64,000 bases of DNA from Longimicrobiales bacterium (GCA_965202805.1 OZ241869.1:1-64000); one strand, 5' to 3'. Shown: positions 19,544 to 30,500, counted from the first letter of the stretch. The notes: a model not told the origin generated them from the sequence alone. A program made the numbers and translations.

Positions 19544-20569
19544 ATGCGCATCGTGACCTTCGGCGAACTCATGCTGCGGCTCCGGGCCCCTGGGCGTGAG
19601 CGGCTGCTCCAGAGCCCGTGTCTCGAGGCGACCTTTGGGGGCGCGGAAGCCAACGTGGCGGTATCGCTCGCCAACTTCGGGCTGGACGCCGCGTTCTGCA
19701 CGGTCCTGCCCGACAACCCGATCGGCGATGCGGCGGTCGGCGAGCTTCGCCGCTTCGGCGTGGATACCCGGCTGATCCGGCGTGGGGATGGCCGCGTGGG
19801 CATCTACTACCTGGAAACGGGGGCGAACCAGCGGCCGAGCCGGGTTGTCTATGACCGGGCCAACTCGTCCATCGCCAATGCAGGCCCAGGTGACTTCGAT
19901 TGGGATGCCGCCTTCGCCGGGGCCGACTGGTTCCACATCACCGGAATCACGCCGGCCCTGAGCGCTTCGGCCGCCGAGCTCTCCCTGGAGGCGGTGCGCC
20001 GGGCGCGGACGCTGGGGCTGACGGTTTCGTGCGACTACAACTACCGGGGCAAGCTCTGGAAGTACGGGAAAGCCGCCCCCGAGGTGATGCGCGAGCTGGT
20101 GGCGCACGTGCAGATCGGCATCGCCAACGAGGAGGACTGCCAGCGCTCGCTCGGGATCGAATCGGGCGTGGACGTCGAGGAGGGTGCTCTCGACCGAGAG
20201 CGCTACCGGGTGCTGGCGGAGCGCGTGCTGGCTGCCTTTCCGAACCTCCAGAAGCAGTTCATCAGCCTGCGCGAGAGCCGGAGCGCCGACGACAACGCGT
20301 GGGGCGCCTGCCTGCATAACGGGCGCGACTTCATGGTGAGCGGCAGATACGAGGTGCCGGACATAGTCGACCGTGTCGGAACCGGCGATGCCTTCGCCGC
20401 GGGAGTGATCTACGGTCTCGCGACCGGTGCGGACGACGGCAGGGCGCTGGAGTTCGCCACTGCGGCCGGCTGCCTGAAGCACTCGATTCCAGGCGACTTC
20501 CACCGGGTGGGCGTGACCGAGGTCGAGGCGCTGATGGAGGGGGGCGGGAGCGGGCGCGTGCAACGGTGA
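19544..20569 (+). CDS. kdgK: 2-keto-3-deoxygluconate kinase (PfkB family)
   Basis: [61 protein letters not shown]. Confidence 0.92.
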   Translation: MRIVTFGELMLRLRAPGRERLLQSPCLEATFGGAEANVAVSLANFGLDAAFCTVLPDNPIGDAAVGELRRFGVDTRLIRRGDGRVGIYYLETGANQRPSRVVYDRANSSIANAGPGDFDWDAAFAGADWFHITGITPALSASAAELSLEAVRRARTLGLTVSCDYNYRGKLWKYGKAAPEVMRELVAHVQIGIANEEDCQRSLGIESGVDVEEGALDRERYRVLAERVLAAFPNLQKQFISLRESRSADDNAWGACLHNGRDFMVSGRYEVPDIVDRVGTGDAFAAGVIYGLATGADDGRALEFATAAGCLKHSIPGDFHRVGVTEVEALMEGGGSGRVQR

Positions 20570-20572
20570 GGG

Positions 20573-21239
20573 TCACGGCCGCGCCCGGCCGGACGCCCCC
20601 AGCACCCCCAACAGCCCCAGGCCGATCCAGAACACGGACGAGGCGATCCACATCTTGGCGGTCGGCAGTAGCGTCCACACCTCGCTCACGCCGATTCGTA
20701 GCTGCGCCACCAGTATGAACGAATCGAACGAATCCCCGCCGATGTACCAGCCGACGAACTCGGCGGTCCGCTGAATCCATTCGATGTCCCGGACGTCGGC
20801 GACGCCCAGCACGACCGCGCCCGCGACCCACAGCCCGGCCGCCCAGAACACCGGACGCGCCGTGGCGAGCATCAGGGTGCTTGCCAGCAGGTAGGCTGCG
20901 GAGCGCGTGTCTCCGGTGATCGACGGGCAGCGACCACAGCGGCGTGTCGCCGAACCGGCGCTCGCCCTTCCAGACCACGAGCGGAAGGAGCAGTGCGGCG
21001 AGCACGGCGAAGAAGCCCCAAGGGGGCTCCCCGGGGTCGAAGACGAACTCACCCATCTCCCCATCGACCATCGCCTGCAGGACAGGCATTCTGCTGAAGG
21101 CGATGAGGGCCACCGAGCCGAGCGCCAGCACGAGGGCCGCCAGGGCGCCCTCGCGGCGGATTGCCAGTCCGACCACGCGCAGCTGCTCGATCCACACCGT
21201 CTTCATCGCGGGTATGCGGCCTGCCGTTGAGTCCGTCAT
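20573..21239 (-). pseudogene. ABC-2-type permease with a frameshift or internal deletion near 20900
   Basis: The N-terminal TM part (...LWSLPVDHRRHALR) is in one frame; the C-terminal TM part (AAYLLASTLML...GRARP*) is in the +1 frame; ATGA-coupled to the ABC ATPase. Confidence 0.75.
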
Positions 21240-22177
21240 GTCGCCTCCCTTCCGGAGAGTAGAGCCAGCGCCGCTTCGTCCACTGACAGGGGGGCGACCT
21301 CACGCACCGCCGCGCCCGCCTGCGACAGGCCGCGCGTAACGGCGTCACGGTCGCCCCACACCGTCCATTCGATCGCGCGGGCCGCGTCGCTGCGCCTGAC
21401 CACCCGCCCTGCCAGCTCTCCGGGTCCCGTCCAGCCTTCGGGGACGTCCGCCCAGTAGCGCAACAGGCCCCCGCGCAGCTCGTCGCGCGGCAGTTGCCCG
21501 AGGAGCCGTCCTTCCGAGAGCATGCCCACGTGATCCACCAGGGGCTCCACCTCGTAGACCCTGTGCGTGGAGATCACAACGGTGGTCGGTGAATCGGCGA
21601 GGTGTTCGCTCAGGATGCCCAGGGTCTGGTCGCGCACCACGTGATCCAGACCGTCCGTCGGCTCGTCCAGCAGGAGCAGCGGCGGCCGGTGCGCCAGCGC
21701 CAGGACGAGCTGCACGCGTCGGCTCTGGCCTTTCGACAGCGTGTGGCACTTCCGCTCCGGATCGATGTCGTACCTCGCCCTCAGTCTGCGAGCGTACTCC
21801 GCGTCCCAGTACGGGTGGTAGATCGCCTGATGCTCCAGCAGCCGGCCCACCGTCATCCAGGCGTAGCCGACCCGGTAGTCCTCCGGCACGTAGCCTATGC
21901 CCGCGCGCACTTCGGCTCCCCGGTCGGCCGGGTCCCGCCCCAGGACGCTGACCGCTCCGTCCTGGTATCCGACGAGACCCATGAGAGTCCGAATCAACGT
22001 GCTCTTGCCCGCTCCGTTGGGACCCACGAGCACGTATACGGCCCCTTCAGGGACCTGCAGATCCAGGCCGTCCAGAGCCCGTGTAGAACCGAACTGCTTC
22101 GCCAGCCCCCGTGTCGTCACCGCGAATGGACCGTTCCCGAGGTCGATGGGAAGCGCCGCCCTGGCCATGTCCGTCAT
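21236..22177 (-). CDS. ABC transporter ATP-binding protein
   Basis: Walker A GPNGAGKST, LSKGQ signature, LLLLDEPT, H-loop ISTH. Confidence 0.95.
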   Translation of the reverse strand: MTDMARAALPIDLGNGPFAVTTRGLAKQFGSTRALDGLDLQVPEGAVYVLVGPNGAGKSTLIRTLMGLVGYQDGAVSVLGRDPADRGAEVRAGIGYVPEDYRVGYAWMTVGRLLEHQAIYHPYWDAEYARRLRARYDIDPERKCHTLSKGQSRRVQLVLALAHRPPLLLLDEPTDGLDHVVRDQTLGILSEHLADSPTTVVISTHRVYEVEPLVDHVGMLSEGRLLGQLPRDELRGGLLRYWADVPEGWTGPGELAGRVVRRSDAARAIEWTVWGDRDAVTRGLSQAGAAVREVAPLSVDEAALALLSGREAT

Positions 22178-22590
22178 CGTCCGTCCTCCTTATTTCCGTC
22201 TCCGCGAGCGTCTCCGCCTTCCACTTCCCGCAGCGCCGTGATCAGATCGGCCAGCGCGAGTCCGTTCCGCGACGCGTCCGCCAGGGCCCGCCTCGCCACC
22301 TCTCGCGCAAGGCGCGGCCGCTCCTTCTCTTCCGACCGCACCCCCGGCGCCACGAATGTGCCCTTCCCGTGCCGAACCTGGACCAGGCCGTCGCGCTCCA
22401 GCGCCGCATACGCCTGCGATACGGTCCGGGGGTTCACGCGGAGACTCGAGGAGAGTTCGCGCACCGAGGGGAGCGGGTCCTTGGGACGAAGGCTTCCCCG
22501 AACAAGACCGCTACGCACCGCGTCCATGATCTGGACGTACAGCGGTCGGCCGTCGGCGTGGCTGAGTCTGGATGCGGCCAAGCGAGTCAA
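22174..22590 (-). CDS. GntR family transcriptional regulator (YtrA type)
   Basis: PLYVQI, LPSVRELS..L.VNP.TV..AY..LE..G...GKGTFV; short C-terminal helix; upstream of the ABC genes. Confidence 0.92.
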   Translation of the reverse strand: MTRLAASRLSHADGRPLYVQIMDAVRSGLVRGSLRPKDPLPSVRELSSSLRVNPRTVSQAYAALERDGLVQVRHGKGTFVAPGVRSEEKERPRLAREVARRALADASRNGLALADLITALREVEGGDARGDGNKEDGR

Positions 22591-22615
22591 GGGGGAGACG
22601 GCAAGTGAGCCTCGG

Positions 22616-22658
22616 CACCCACTACCGGTTGTGGCATTCCCACTACCGGTAGTGGGTG
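22616..22658. promoter_or_regulatory. Two palindromes 21 bp apart (CCACTACCGGTAGTGG); candidate GntR operator
   Basis: 22619-22634 has one mismatch and 22639-22656 is a perfect 18-bp palindrome; the outer 14-bp arms are also inverted repeats; lies 26-68 bp upstream of the gntR start. Confidence 0.55.
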
Positions 22659-22687
22659 TGCTGGTCGCGCGGGGGTTGGCGGCTCGG

Positions 22688-23860
22688 CTACCGCCAGCTG
22701 TTGACGATGTCCTCGGCGATGCGGCCCAGCGTCGATTCCAGCTCGACGAAGTCGCCTGTGTTCTGGTTGGTGAAGACCGCGATCACGGTGGGTCCGCCTT
22801 CGTAGTACAGGATCCCCACGTCGTTGCCGGCGTAGGGCGGCCAGTCGCCGGTCTTGTGCGCCACCGACGCCCGGAAACGGATGTAGCGGGGGAGGCGCGA
22901 GCTGTAGAACTGCCGCTCCAGGATGCGGATCATCTCGTCGCTGGACTCGCGCGACGCGACCTCGCCGTTATGGATCTGCGCGAGCAGGCCCGCGATCTCG
23001 CGCGCTGTGTTGCTCCCCAGCCATTCCTCCGGGTCGCCCTCGAAGCGGAAGGTGCGCGCGGACGCCTCCGCGTCGGAGGGAAAGCCGCGCTCGAAGACCT
23101 CGCGGTGGGAAAGCGCGGCGTTGGCGGGATCGGCCATCACCCAGACCCGGCGGAAGAGGTCGCCGGTGGTGGCGCGCAGGCGGGTCTGCTCGTACCCGAG
23201 TTCCGACAGCAACTCGTTGACCCGCTCCTGGCCGAGGCGCGCGATCATGATGTCGGTGGCGGTGTTGTCGCTGGTGATGATCATCTGGGTCAGCAGCTCT
23301 CGCCAGGTCGGCTCCAGCCCGGGCGCGAAGGTCTGGAGCAGGCCGCTCCCCCGGCGCAGATCCTCGGGCCGGATCCGGTAGCGCTCGTCGAGGTCGAGCG
23401 TCCCCGCCTCCGCGTCGCGGTAGGCGAGCAACATGACCGGGATCTTGATGACGCTGAGCGCGTTCATCGGTTCGTCGGCGCGGATGGCGATCTCGCGGCC
23501 CGTGGGGAGGTGTCTGGCGTAGAGCGAGGTGCGGGCGGGCAGGCCGTCCAGCCGGGTCGTCACCCGCGCGGCCAGACCAGAGGCGTCGCCGGCCGCAGCC
23601 TGCGCGGACTCAACCGGGGGCAGCTCCGCCCCGGCTCCTCCGGCGGATGAGGCTTCTACGGACGAGCCTCCGGGCACGGATCCATCCCCGCAGGCGGCCG
23701 CGAACGCCAGCAGCACCGCGACCATGCCGCGTCGCCTCGGCCGCGATGCGGTCCGTGCCCGGATCCTCGCCCCGGCCCTGACGCCGACTCTCGTTTGGGA
23801 CCCGGTTCCGAGCATGTCCCGGGATCTGCCCGCGCCGGCCCCGAGCCCGCCCGGGCCCAT
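22688..23860 (-). CDS. Serine hydrolase of the class A beta-lactamase fold, lipoprotein; start uncertain (23860, 23815 or 23725)
   Basis: SVIK (SxxK), SDN, HKTG motifs; lipobox AAAC; TGATG overlap with the CDGSH gene. Confidence 0.85.
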   Translation of the reverse strand: MGPGGLGAGAGRSRDMLGTGSQTRVGVRAGARIRARTASRPRRRGMVAVLLAFAAACGDGSVPGGSSVEASSAGGAGAELPPVESAQAAAGDASGLAARVTTRLDGLPARTSLYARHLPTGREIAIRADEPMNALSVIKIPVMLLAYRDAEAGTLDLDERYRIRPEDLRRGSGLLQTFAPGLEPTWRELLTQMIITSDNTATDIMIARLGQERVNELLSELGYEQTRLRATTGDLFRRVWVMADPANAALSHREVFERGFPSDAEASARTFRFEGDPEEWLGSNTAREIAGLLAQIHNGEVASRESSDEMIRILERQFYSSRLPRYIRFRASVAHKTGDWPPYAGNDVGILYYEGGPTVIAVFTNQNTGDFVELESTLGRIAEDIVNSWR

Positions 23861-24054
23861 CAATCCGCCTCGAAGCCGATGCGCTTGTGGGTTCCGTCGC
23901 AGAAGGGCTTGTTGTCGGAGCCGCCGCAGCGGCACAGGAAGGTCGCCTTGCCCGGGCGCGTCTCGATGGGATCTCCGGCGTCGTTCTGGAGTTCGATTTC
24001 GCCATCGATGCGGCAGGGTCCGTTCCTGATGACGCGGATCGTCACTTGTGACAT
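23860..24054 (-). CDS. CDGSH iron-sulfur domain protein
   Basis: NGP..., LCRCGGSDNKPFCDGTH; GAGGA RBS before ATG 24054. Confidence 0.92.
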   Translation of the reverse strand: MSQVTIRVIRNGPCRIDGEIELQNDAGDPIETRPGKATFLCRCGGSDNKPFCDGTHKRIGFEAD

Positions 24055-24166
24055 TCGCTTCCTCGCTGGATTGGGGGGAGATTCAGCCACGCATGTATGG
24101 CCGCCGTCCGGGTGCTAGATTTGTCACCATTGAGCGCGAATGACAACCCGGAGCGATGGAAGCGCC

Positions 24167-25405
24167 ATGAGTCACGTGAAGCGCAGGCCCTCGGCGGCCG
24201 TGAATGTCGCCGGAGTCATGGTCGGCGGGGACCACCCGGTCGTCGTGCAGTCGATGACCAACACCGACACCGCCGACGCCGAGGCAACCGCGGCGCAGGT
24301 CGCCGCCCTGGCCGCTGCCGGGAGCGAGCTGGTGCGGATCACGGTGAACCATCATCCGGCCGCCCGCGCCGTCCCCGAGATCGTGGCCCGGCTGCGCGAC
24401 CGGGGCGTGGAGGTTCCCATCGTGGGCGACTTCCACTACAACGGGCACATCCTGCTCGCCGAGCATCCTGCGTGCGCGCGCGCCCTCGCCAAGTACCGCA
24501 TCAACCCCGGCAACGTCGGCGCCAAGCGGCGCGACGAGAACTTCAGCAGCATCATCCGGCTGGCCATCGAATACGACAAGCCGGTGCGCATCGGCGTCAA
24601 CTGGGGCTCGCTGGACCGGCGGCTGCTCACCGAGCTCATGGACGAGAACGCGAAGCGGACCCGGCCCCGCGACGCCGCGGAGGTAGTGCTGGATGCGATG
24701 GTGGAGAGCGGGATGCGCTCGTCCGTGCTCGCCGAGGAGGTCGGGCTGGGCCACGACCGCATCGTCATCAGCGCCAAGGTCTCCAAGGTGCAGGACCTGG
24801 TGACCGTTTATCGCAAGCTGGCGCCCCTGAGCGACTACGCGCTTCACCTGGGATTGACGGAAGCCGGCATGGGGATTCCGGGCATCGTCGCCAGCGCCGC
24901 GGGGCTGGCCCCGCTTCTGCTCGAGGGGATCGGCGACACCATCCGCGTGTCGCTGACGCCGCGCCCGGGAGGGGACCGGACCGAGGAGGTGCAGGTCGCG
25001 AAGCAGATCCTGCAGTCGCTCGAAATCCGCAACTTCGAGCCCCAGGTCACTTCATGTCCGGGATGCGGGCGCACCACCAGCGTTTTCTTCCAGGAGTTGG
25101 CGGAGGACATCCAGGGCTATCTGCGCGAACAGATGCCGGTCTGGAAGTCGAGGCATCCGGGGGTCGAGGAGATGCGCGTCGCGGTCATGGGCTGTGTGGT
25201 GAACGGTCCCGGCGAGTCCAAGCACGCCGATATCGGCATCTCGCTGCCCGGCACCTTCGAGGAACCCAAGGCTCCGGTGTATGTGGACGGGGCCCATTAC
25301 TGCACGCTCAAGGGCGCAGGCCTGGCCGACGAGTTCAAGGAGATCGTGGACGACTACGTGCGGCGCCGTTACGGGGCGGGGGAGGCGGCGGGCGCGGGGG
25401 TCTGA
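24167..25405 (+). CDS. ispG: Flavodoxin-dependent HMBPP synthase
   Basis: [69 protein letters not shown]. Confidence 0.97.
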   Translation: MSHVKRRPSAAVNVAGVMVGGDHPVVVQSMTNTDTADAEATAAQVAALAAAGSELVRITVNHHPAARAVPEIVARLRDRGVEVPIVGDFHYNGHILLAEHPACARALAKYRINPGNVGAKRRDENFSSIIRLAIEYDKPVRIGVNWGSLDRRLLTELMDENAKRTRPRDAAEVVLDAMVESGMRSSVLAEEVGLGHDRIVISAKVSKVQDLVTVYRKLAPLSDYALHLGLTEAGMGIPGIVASAAGLAPLLLEGIGDTIRVSLTPRPGGDRTEEVQVAKQILQSLEIRNFEPQVTSCPGCGRTTSVFFQELAEDIQGYLREQMPVWKSRHPGVEEMRVAVMGCVVNGPGESKHADIGISLPGTFEEPKAPVYVDGAHYCTLKGAGLADEFKEIVDDYVRRRYGAGEAAGAGV

Positions 25406-25511
25406 GGGACAGTGTCCAAGGCCGCGAGCGATTTCGCCGATCCCCGGACCGGCCTGGGCGAGGTGAACCGGCAGCCCTCCTCCAGCCCGCGTCGGCCCGA
25501 ATCCGGGTGGA

Positions 25512-26036
25512 TTACCCCGGCGGCGGGGCCCAGGGGCCGTCGCCGGTGGCGTCGAGGCGGGTGCGCACCGCGCGCCATCCCATCTCGGCGTCCGGAACCA
25601 TCAGGATGTCCCACACTTCGCGCCGGATGAGCCCGCCGGTACCCGCCCCGTCGATCAGACGGACGACGCGCATCGAGAGCCGCCCGCCGGCGATGGGTTC
25701 GGGCATGACGAGCTGGTAGAGGACGCCCCCGTCGCGGATGCGGCAGCCTTCGGCGGAAGGGAAGTCGGGGCAGAGCAGCACATCCTCGACCGCGGCGACC
25801 TCGACGTAGCCGAGCTGCTCCAGCGCGCTCCGGTTCTCGTCGTCCAGCAGGGCGCGGCCGGTCGAGCCGGGGGGACGCCCGACCTGCTCGGCGAAGAAGG
25901 TGGGCTGCTCGCCCGGCGGGAGCACGTCGAAGATGACCTCGACGGCCTTTCGGTTGGCCCGCTGCGCCCAAACGGGAGCGGGCACGAGGGAAGCAACGGC
26001 GGTCAGCGCGGCCACGGCGAAGGCGGCGAAGGTCAT
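25512..26036 (-). CDS. Hypothetical secreted protein
   Basis: ATGA overlap with the gltX stop; signal peptide ending VWA-Q; two Cys. Confidence 0.7.
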   Translation of the reverse strand: MTFAAFAVAALTAVASLVPAPVWAQRANRKAVEVIFDVLPPGEQPTFFAEQVGRPPGSTGRALLDDENRSALEQLGYVEVAAVEDVLLCPDFPSAEGCRIRDGGVLYQLVMPEPIAGGRLSMRVVRLIDGAGTGGLIRREVWDILMVPDAEMGWRAVRTRLDATGDGPWAPPPG

Positions 26037-27511
26037 GCGGGAGCCGTCCGGCCGCTGGTCGCTGCCTGCAACTCCGCCTCTCCTTCAATCAGGGTCTCCA
26101 ACGCTCTTTCGATGCGCTCAAGGGAGAGGTCCCTCCCCACGTAGTACAGCACGTCGAAGATCCCCGGGCTCACGGCCTGGCCGGTGAGCGCCACCCGCAG
26201 CGGATGGATCAGGTGCCCCGCGCCGACGCCAAGTTCCGCGGCGAGACCCCGAAGCGCGCGCTCGAGCGGCTCCGTCTGCCACTCGCAGCCGCCGAGTTTT
26301 CTCCGAAGCGCGTCCAGGTGCTCCTCCACTTCGGCGCGGCGCTTCCAGTGCTTGCGCACCGCCGCAGCTTCGTACCGGACCTCGCCCGGCAGGTAAGGCA
26401 AGACGCCGCGCGCCAGCACGTCCACGCTGCGCGCCCGCGCCCGCAGCATGTCGAGAAGCCCTTCGTACCAGTGCATCCGGCCCTGCACCGCCGTCTCCGC
26501 CTCCTGCTGCAGTTCGGCCAGGCGGGCGGTCACGAGTGGCTCAAGCCGGTGGACATCCATGCGCGACAAGTGCCGACCGTTCAGCCAGGCGAGCTTGTCG
26601 GCGTCGAACACCGAGCCCTTGCGGAGGATGCGCTTGAGCGAGAATCGCCTGATGATCTCGTCCAGCTCCATCACCTCGCGGTCGTCACCGGGAGACCAGC
26701 CGAGGAGCGCGAGGAAGTTGACCATCGCTTCCGGCAGCATGTCGCGGCGATACTCGGCGATGTCCGTCGCGCCGTGGCGCTTCGAGAGCCGCTTGCCGTC
26801 CCGTCCCAGGATGAGCGGCACGTGGCCGAAGCGGGGCACCGGGAAGCCCAGGGCCCGCGCCAGCAGAATCTGCTTGGGCGTGTTGGAGAGGTGGTCGTCG
26901 CCCCGGAGCACCATGTCGATGCGCGCGTGGGCGTCGTCGCACACCACCGCCAGGTTGTAGGTCGGGCTGTGGTCGGCGCGCAGGATGACCAGGTCGTCGA
27001 TGTCCTGGTTGCGGAAGCGCATCGGGCCGTGGACGGCGTCCTCCCATTCGGTGGAACCCTCCGGGACGACGAACCGCACCGCGTGGGGCTCGCCCGCGGC
27101 CGCGCGCTCCTCGGCCTCGCCCGGCGCCAGCGCCTCCGCCCGCCGCCGGGCCGCCCGGGTCGCCTCGCCCGCCATGGCGGCGATGTTGGCGCGGTCCCGG
27201 GCGAGTTCCCCGGGGGTGGAGAAGTCTCGATACGCCTGCCCTGCCGCCAGCAGCTTCCGGCCCGCGGCGCCGTGTTCGCCAACCCGGTCGCTCTGGAAGT
27301 ACGGCCCTTCGTCCCAATCGATGCCGAGCCATTCCAGCCCGCGCAGGATCGCTGCGGTCATCGCATCGCTTGAGCGGGCGCGGTCGGTGTCCTCGATGCG
27401 CAGCACGAAGGTGCCGCCGCTCCGGCGCGCGAGCAGCCAGTTGAAGAGGGCGGTGCGGGCGCCTCCGACGTGCAAAAAGCCCGTCGGCGAGGGGGCGAAG
27501 CGCACGCGCAC
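26033..27511 (-). CDS. gltX: Glutamate--tRNA ligase
   Basis: VRVRFAPSPTGFLHVGGARTALFNW, LRIEDTD, PTYN, RGDDHLSNT, KRLSKR, LRVALTG..SPG. Confidence 0.97.
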   Translation of the reverse strand: MRVRFAPSPTGFLHVGGARTALFNWLLARRSGGTFVLRIEDTDRARSSDAMTAAILRGLEWLGIDWDEGPYFQSDRVGEHGAAGRKLLAAGQAYRDFSTPGELARDRANIAAMAGEATRAARRRAEALAPGEAEERAAAGEPHAVRFVVPEGSTEWEDAVHGPMRFRNQDIDDLVILRADHSPTYNLAVVCDDAHARIDMVLRGDDHLSNTPKQILLARALGFPVPRFGHVPLILGRDGKRLSKRHGATDIAEYRRDMLPEAMVNFLALLGWSPGDDREVMELDEIIRRFSLKRILRKGSVFDADKLAWLNGRHLSRMDVHRLEPLVTARLAELQQEAETAVQGRMHWYEGLLDMLRARARSVDVLARGVLPYLPGEVRYEAAAVRKHWKRRAEVEEHLDALRRKLGGCEWQTEPLERALRGLAAELGVGAGHLIHPLRVALTGQAVSPGIFDVLYYVGRDLSLERIERALETLIEGEAELQAATSGRTAPA

Positions 27512-27516
27512 GGGAG

Positions 27517-30500
27517 TCAGGCCGCCGGGGCTCGCGCGGCCACCTGTCCGGATCGCGCGCGGCGCCCCTCGATGAGCAGGTAGATGGCCGGGGTGGTGGC
27601 GAGCACGAACACAGTGGACGACAGCAGCCCGCCGATGAGCGCGTAGCCGAGCGCGTTCCAGATGGTGGAGTCGGCCGTCTCGGAGAAGAGCACCAGGGGG
27701 AGCAGCCCGAGCACCGTGGTGGCCGTGGTCATCAGGATCGGCCGCACCCGCTCGAGGGTGCCCGCGAGAATGGCGGCGTGCAGGTCGCCTCCGGATTCGC
27801 GCCGGACGCGGTTGATGTTGTCCACCAGCAGGATCGCGTTGTTGACCACGATCCCGCCCATCATGATGACCCCGACGTACGCCTCCCGGGTGAACGACGC
27901 GCCCGTGTAGAAGAACATCAGGAAGACGCCGATCAGCGCCATCGGCACCGTGAGCAGGACGCAAAGCGGCAGGCGCACGGACTCGAAGAGCGCGGCCGTC
28001 ACCATGTAGATGAGGAGAATCGACACCGCCAGCACGGCGTAGATCTGTCGGCGATCCTCCTCGCTCCACCGGAACCCCTGCGCCTCCTCGATCACGTATC
28101 CCACCGGGAGTTCGGTGGACTCGATGATCCCGTCGTAGTACTGGTCGCCCAGCCGGCGCGGGCCCGCGAACTCGTACGCGACGGTGCGCTCGTACTGCTG
28201 GTCCTCGCGGCGGATCCAGGCGAGCACGTCTACGGGGGCGATCGAGACCACGTCGCCCAGGCGGATGCCGGTACCGGTGGAGGTACTGATGATGGTTTCG
28301 AGAAGCTCCTGGACGTCGGTCTCGCGATATCCCTCGAGCTTGACCTCGTAGCGCACCTCGTCGCCGCCGATCTTGAGCTGTGCGTTGCTGGTCTGGCCGG
28401 CGACGGCCGCGTTCATGCGCGCGACCAGCTCCTGCACGGAGATGTCGTGGCGCGCCAGCTGGTCCCGGTCGATCTCGACCACGAACTCGGTGGCGCGCTC
28501 GCGGACGAATCGCCCGGCGGAGTTGGTGTCGATGGTGCGCACCCGCGGCACACGCGCCAGCCGGTCGCCCAGGTCTTCGGCGATCTCGCGCACCCTCTCG
28601 TAGTTGTAGCCCAGCACCTGCATGGAGTAGTTCGGGCTGGCGCCGCCCCCGCCGCCGTAGAAGCCCAGGCCGCGGCCGATCACCCGGACCTCGGCGCCGG
28701 TGAAGCCGAGGCTGTAGCTGAACATCTGTTCCTTGATGGCCATCGGGACGCCGGTGTTCTCGAGCGAGTCCGGGAAGTTGATGGTGATCTGCCCGTAGGT
28801 GCCTCTCACGGTCGAGGAGAACCGTTCGATCTCCGGAATCGCAGCCAGCCTTTCCTCGAAGGAGCGCACCAGGTTGTCGGTGCGCTCGAGATCGGAGCCG
28901 CGCGGCAGCTCGATGTTGATGAGGACATAGGTGTCCAGCCCCATGCCCCCGCCCCACAGCACCCCTCGGGTGACGTGGTTCTCGAAGAGATAGTACGACC
29001 CGCCGAAGGCCATCACCGCCACCGTCACCGCCAGCCAGGCGTGGCGCAACGTGAAGCCGATGATGGTCGAATAAAGGCGGGTGTAGAAGGGTGTGGCGGG
29101 CCTCCGCGGAAGCGACGGATGCCCGGGTTCGCCGCCCTCGGCGGGCCCACCGCTCATGCCGGAGCGCGCGGCTCGGGCGGGCCCGTCAGCGGTCTCCGCG
29201 AGAGCGGGCGCGGACATCATCGCCGCAGCCCCGGCCATCTCCACCCTCCGCACGCCCGGCAGCACGCGGGCAGCCAGCGCCGGGATGAAGGTGAACGCCA
29301 CCAGCAGCGACGCCCCCAGCGTCAGCGCCACCACGATCGCCAGCGGCACGTAGAACACGCGCAGTTCCCCCTGCAGGAAAACGAAGGGCACGAAGACGAT
29401 CAGGGTGGTGGCGGTGGAGGTGAGGATCGGCAGCACCACCTGGCGGGTGCCCTCGGTTGCGGCGCTCACCGGATCCCGTCCCGCCTGCCACCGGCGGAAG
29501 ACGCTCTCCAGAACCACGATGGCGTTGTCCACGATCAGACCGAACCCCATCGCCAGCCCCATCAGGGTGAGCAGGTTGAGGGTCATGCCCCCGAAGTAGA
29601 TCAGGTTCAGGGAGATGAGGACCGAGAACGCGATCGTCATGAAGACGACCCCGGCGGAGCGGAACGAGCGCAGGAAGAGGAGCAGCACCGCGAAGATGAC
29701 GAAGGCGGAAATCAGCGCCCTGGCGCGCAGGTCGGTGAGCTGCTCCTTGATGTCCTCGCTCTCGTCGTAGCCGAGGATCATGCTCGTCCCGGCCAGGCCC
29801 GCACGCTCCAGCTGCGCCACCCTCGCCTTGACCGCATCCGCCGCGCGCACCGTGTTGGCGCCGATTTCGCGGATCACCTCGAACGAGGCCGCGGGCTGAC
29901 CGTTGATGCGGTAGTAGCCCAGAGGTTCCTCGAAGCTGTCGCGCACATCCGCGACATCCGAGACCCGCACCATGCTGCCCCGGTTCTCGAGCAGCACGGT
30001 GTTGCGGATCTCCTCTGCGCGCGCGACGCGGTTCTGGATGGTTACCGACCATTCCCGGTCGCCGGCCCGGATCGCGCCCGCCTCCCGCACCAGGTCGAGG
30101 TCGTTGATGCGTACGTTCACCATGCCCGGGGAGAGCCCGAGCGAGCTGACCCGGTCCTCGTTCAGCTCGATCTCGATGAGACGCTCGCGGCCCCCGCTCG
30201 CCTGCACCAGCGCCACTCCCTCGATCTGCGAGAGATCCGGCACCACCCGGTCGTCCAGGTCGGTGCGCAGCGCCTCCAAGGTGTAGGGACCGGTATAGGT
30301 GTAGCGCAGGAAGCCGCGCTGGCCGCGGGACTCGAACTCGGGGGGGATGTACGGCCGGACCAGGACCCGTTCCACGGCGGGAGGCAGCTCTTCCTCGAGG
30401 GCCGAGAGCCGCTCGGAGAGGTCCAGCCGCGCGAAGTCCATGTCCGTGTCGCGGCTGAAGTGCACCTGGATGTCGGACGTCCCCGTCCCCTGTATCTCCC

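Noticed and set aside
22688..23860. Beta-lactam resistance gene
   Set aside because: The fold motifs are present but there is no recognisable Glu166 motif, so resistance is unsupported.
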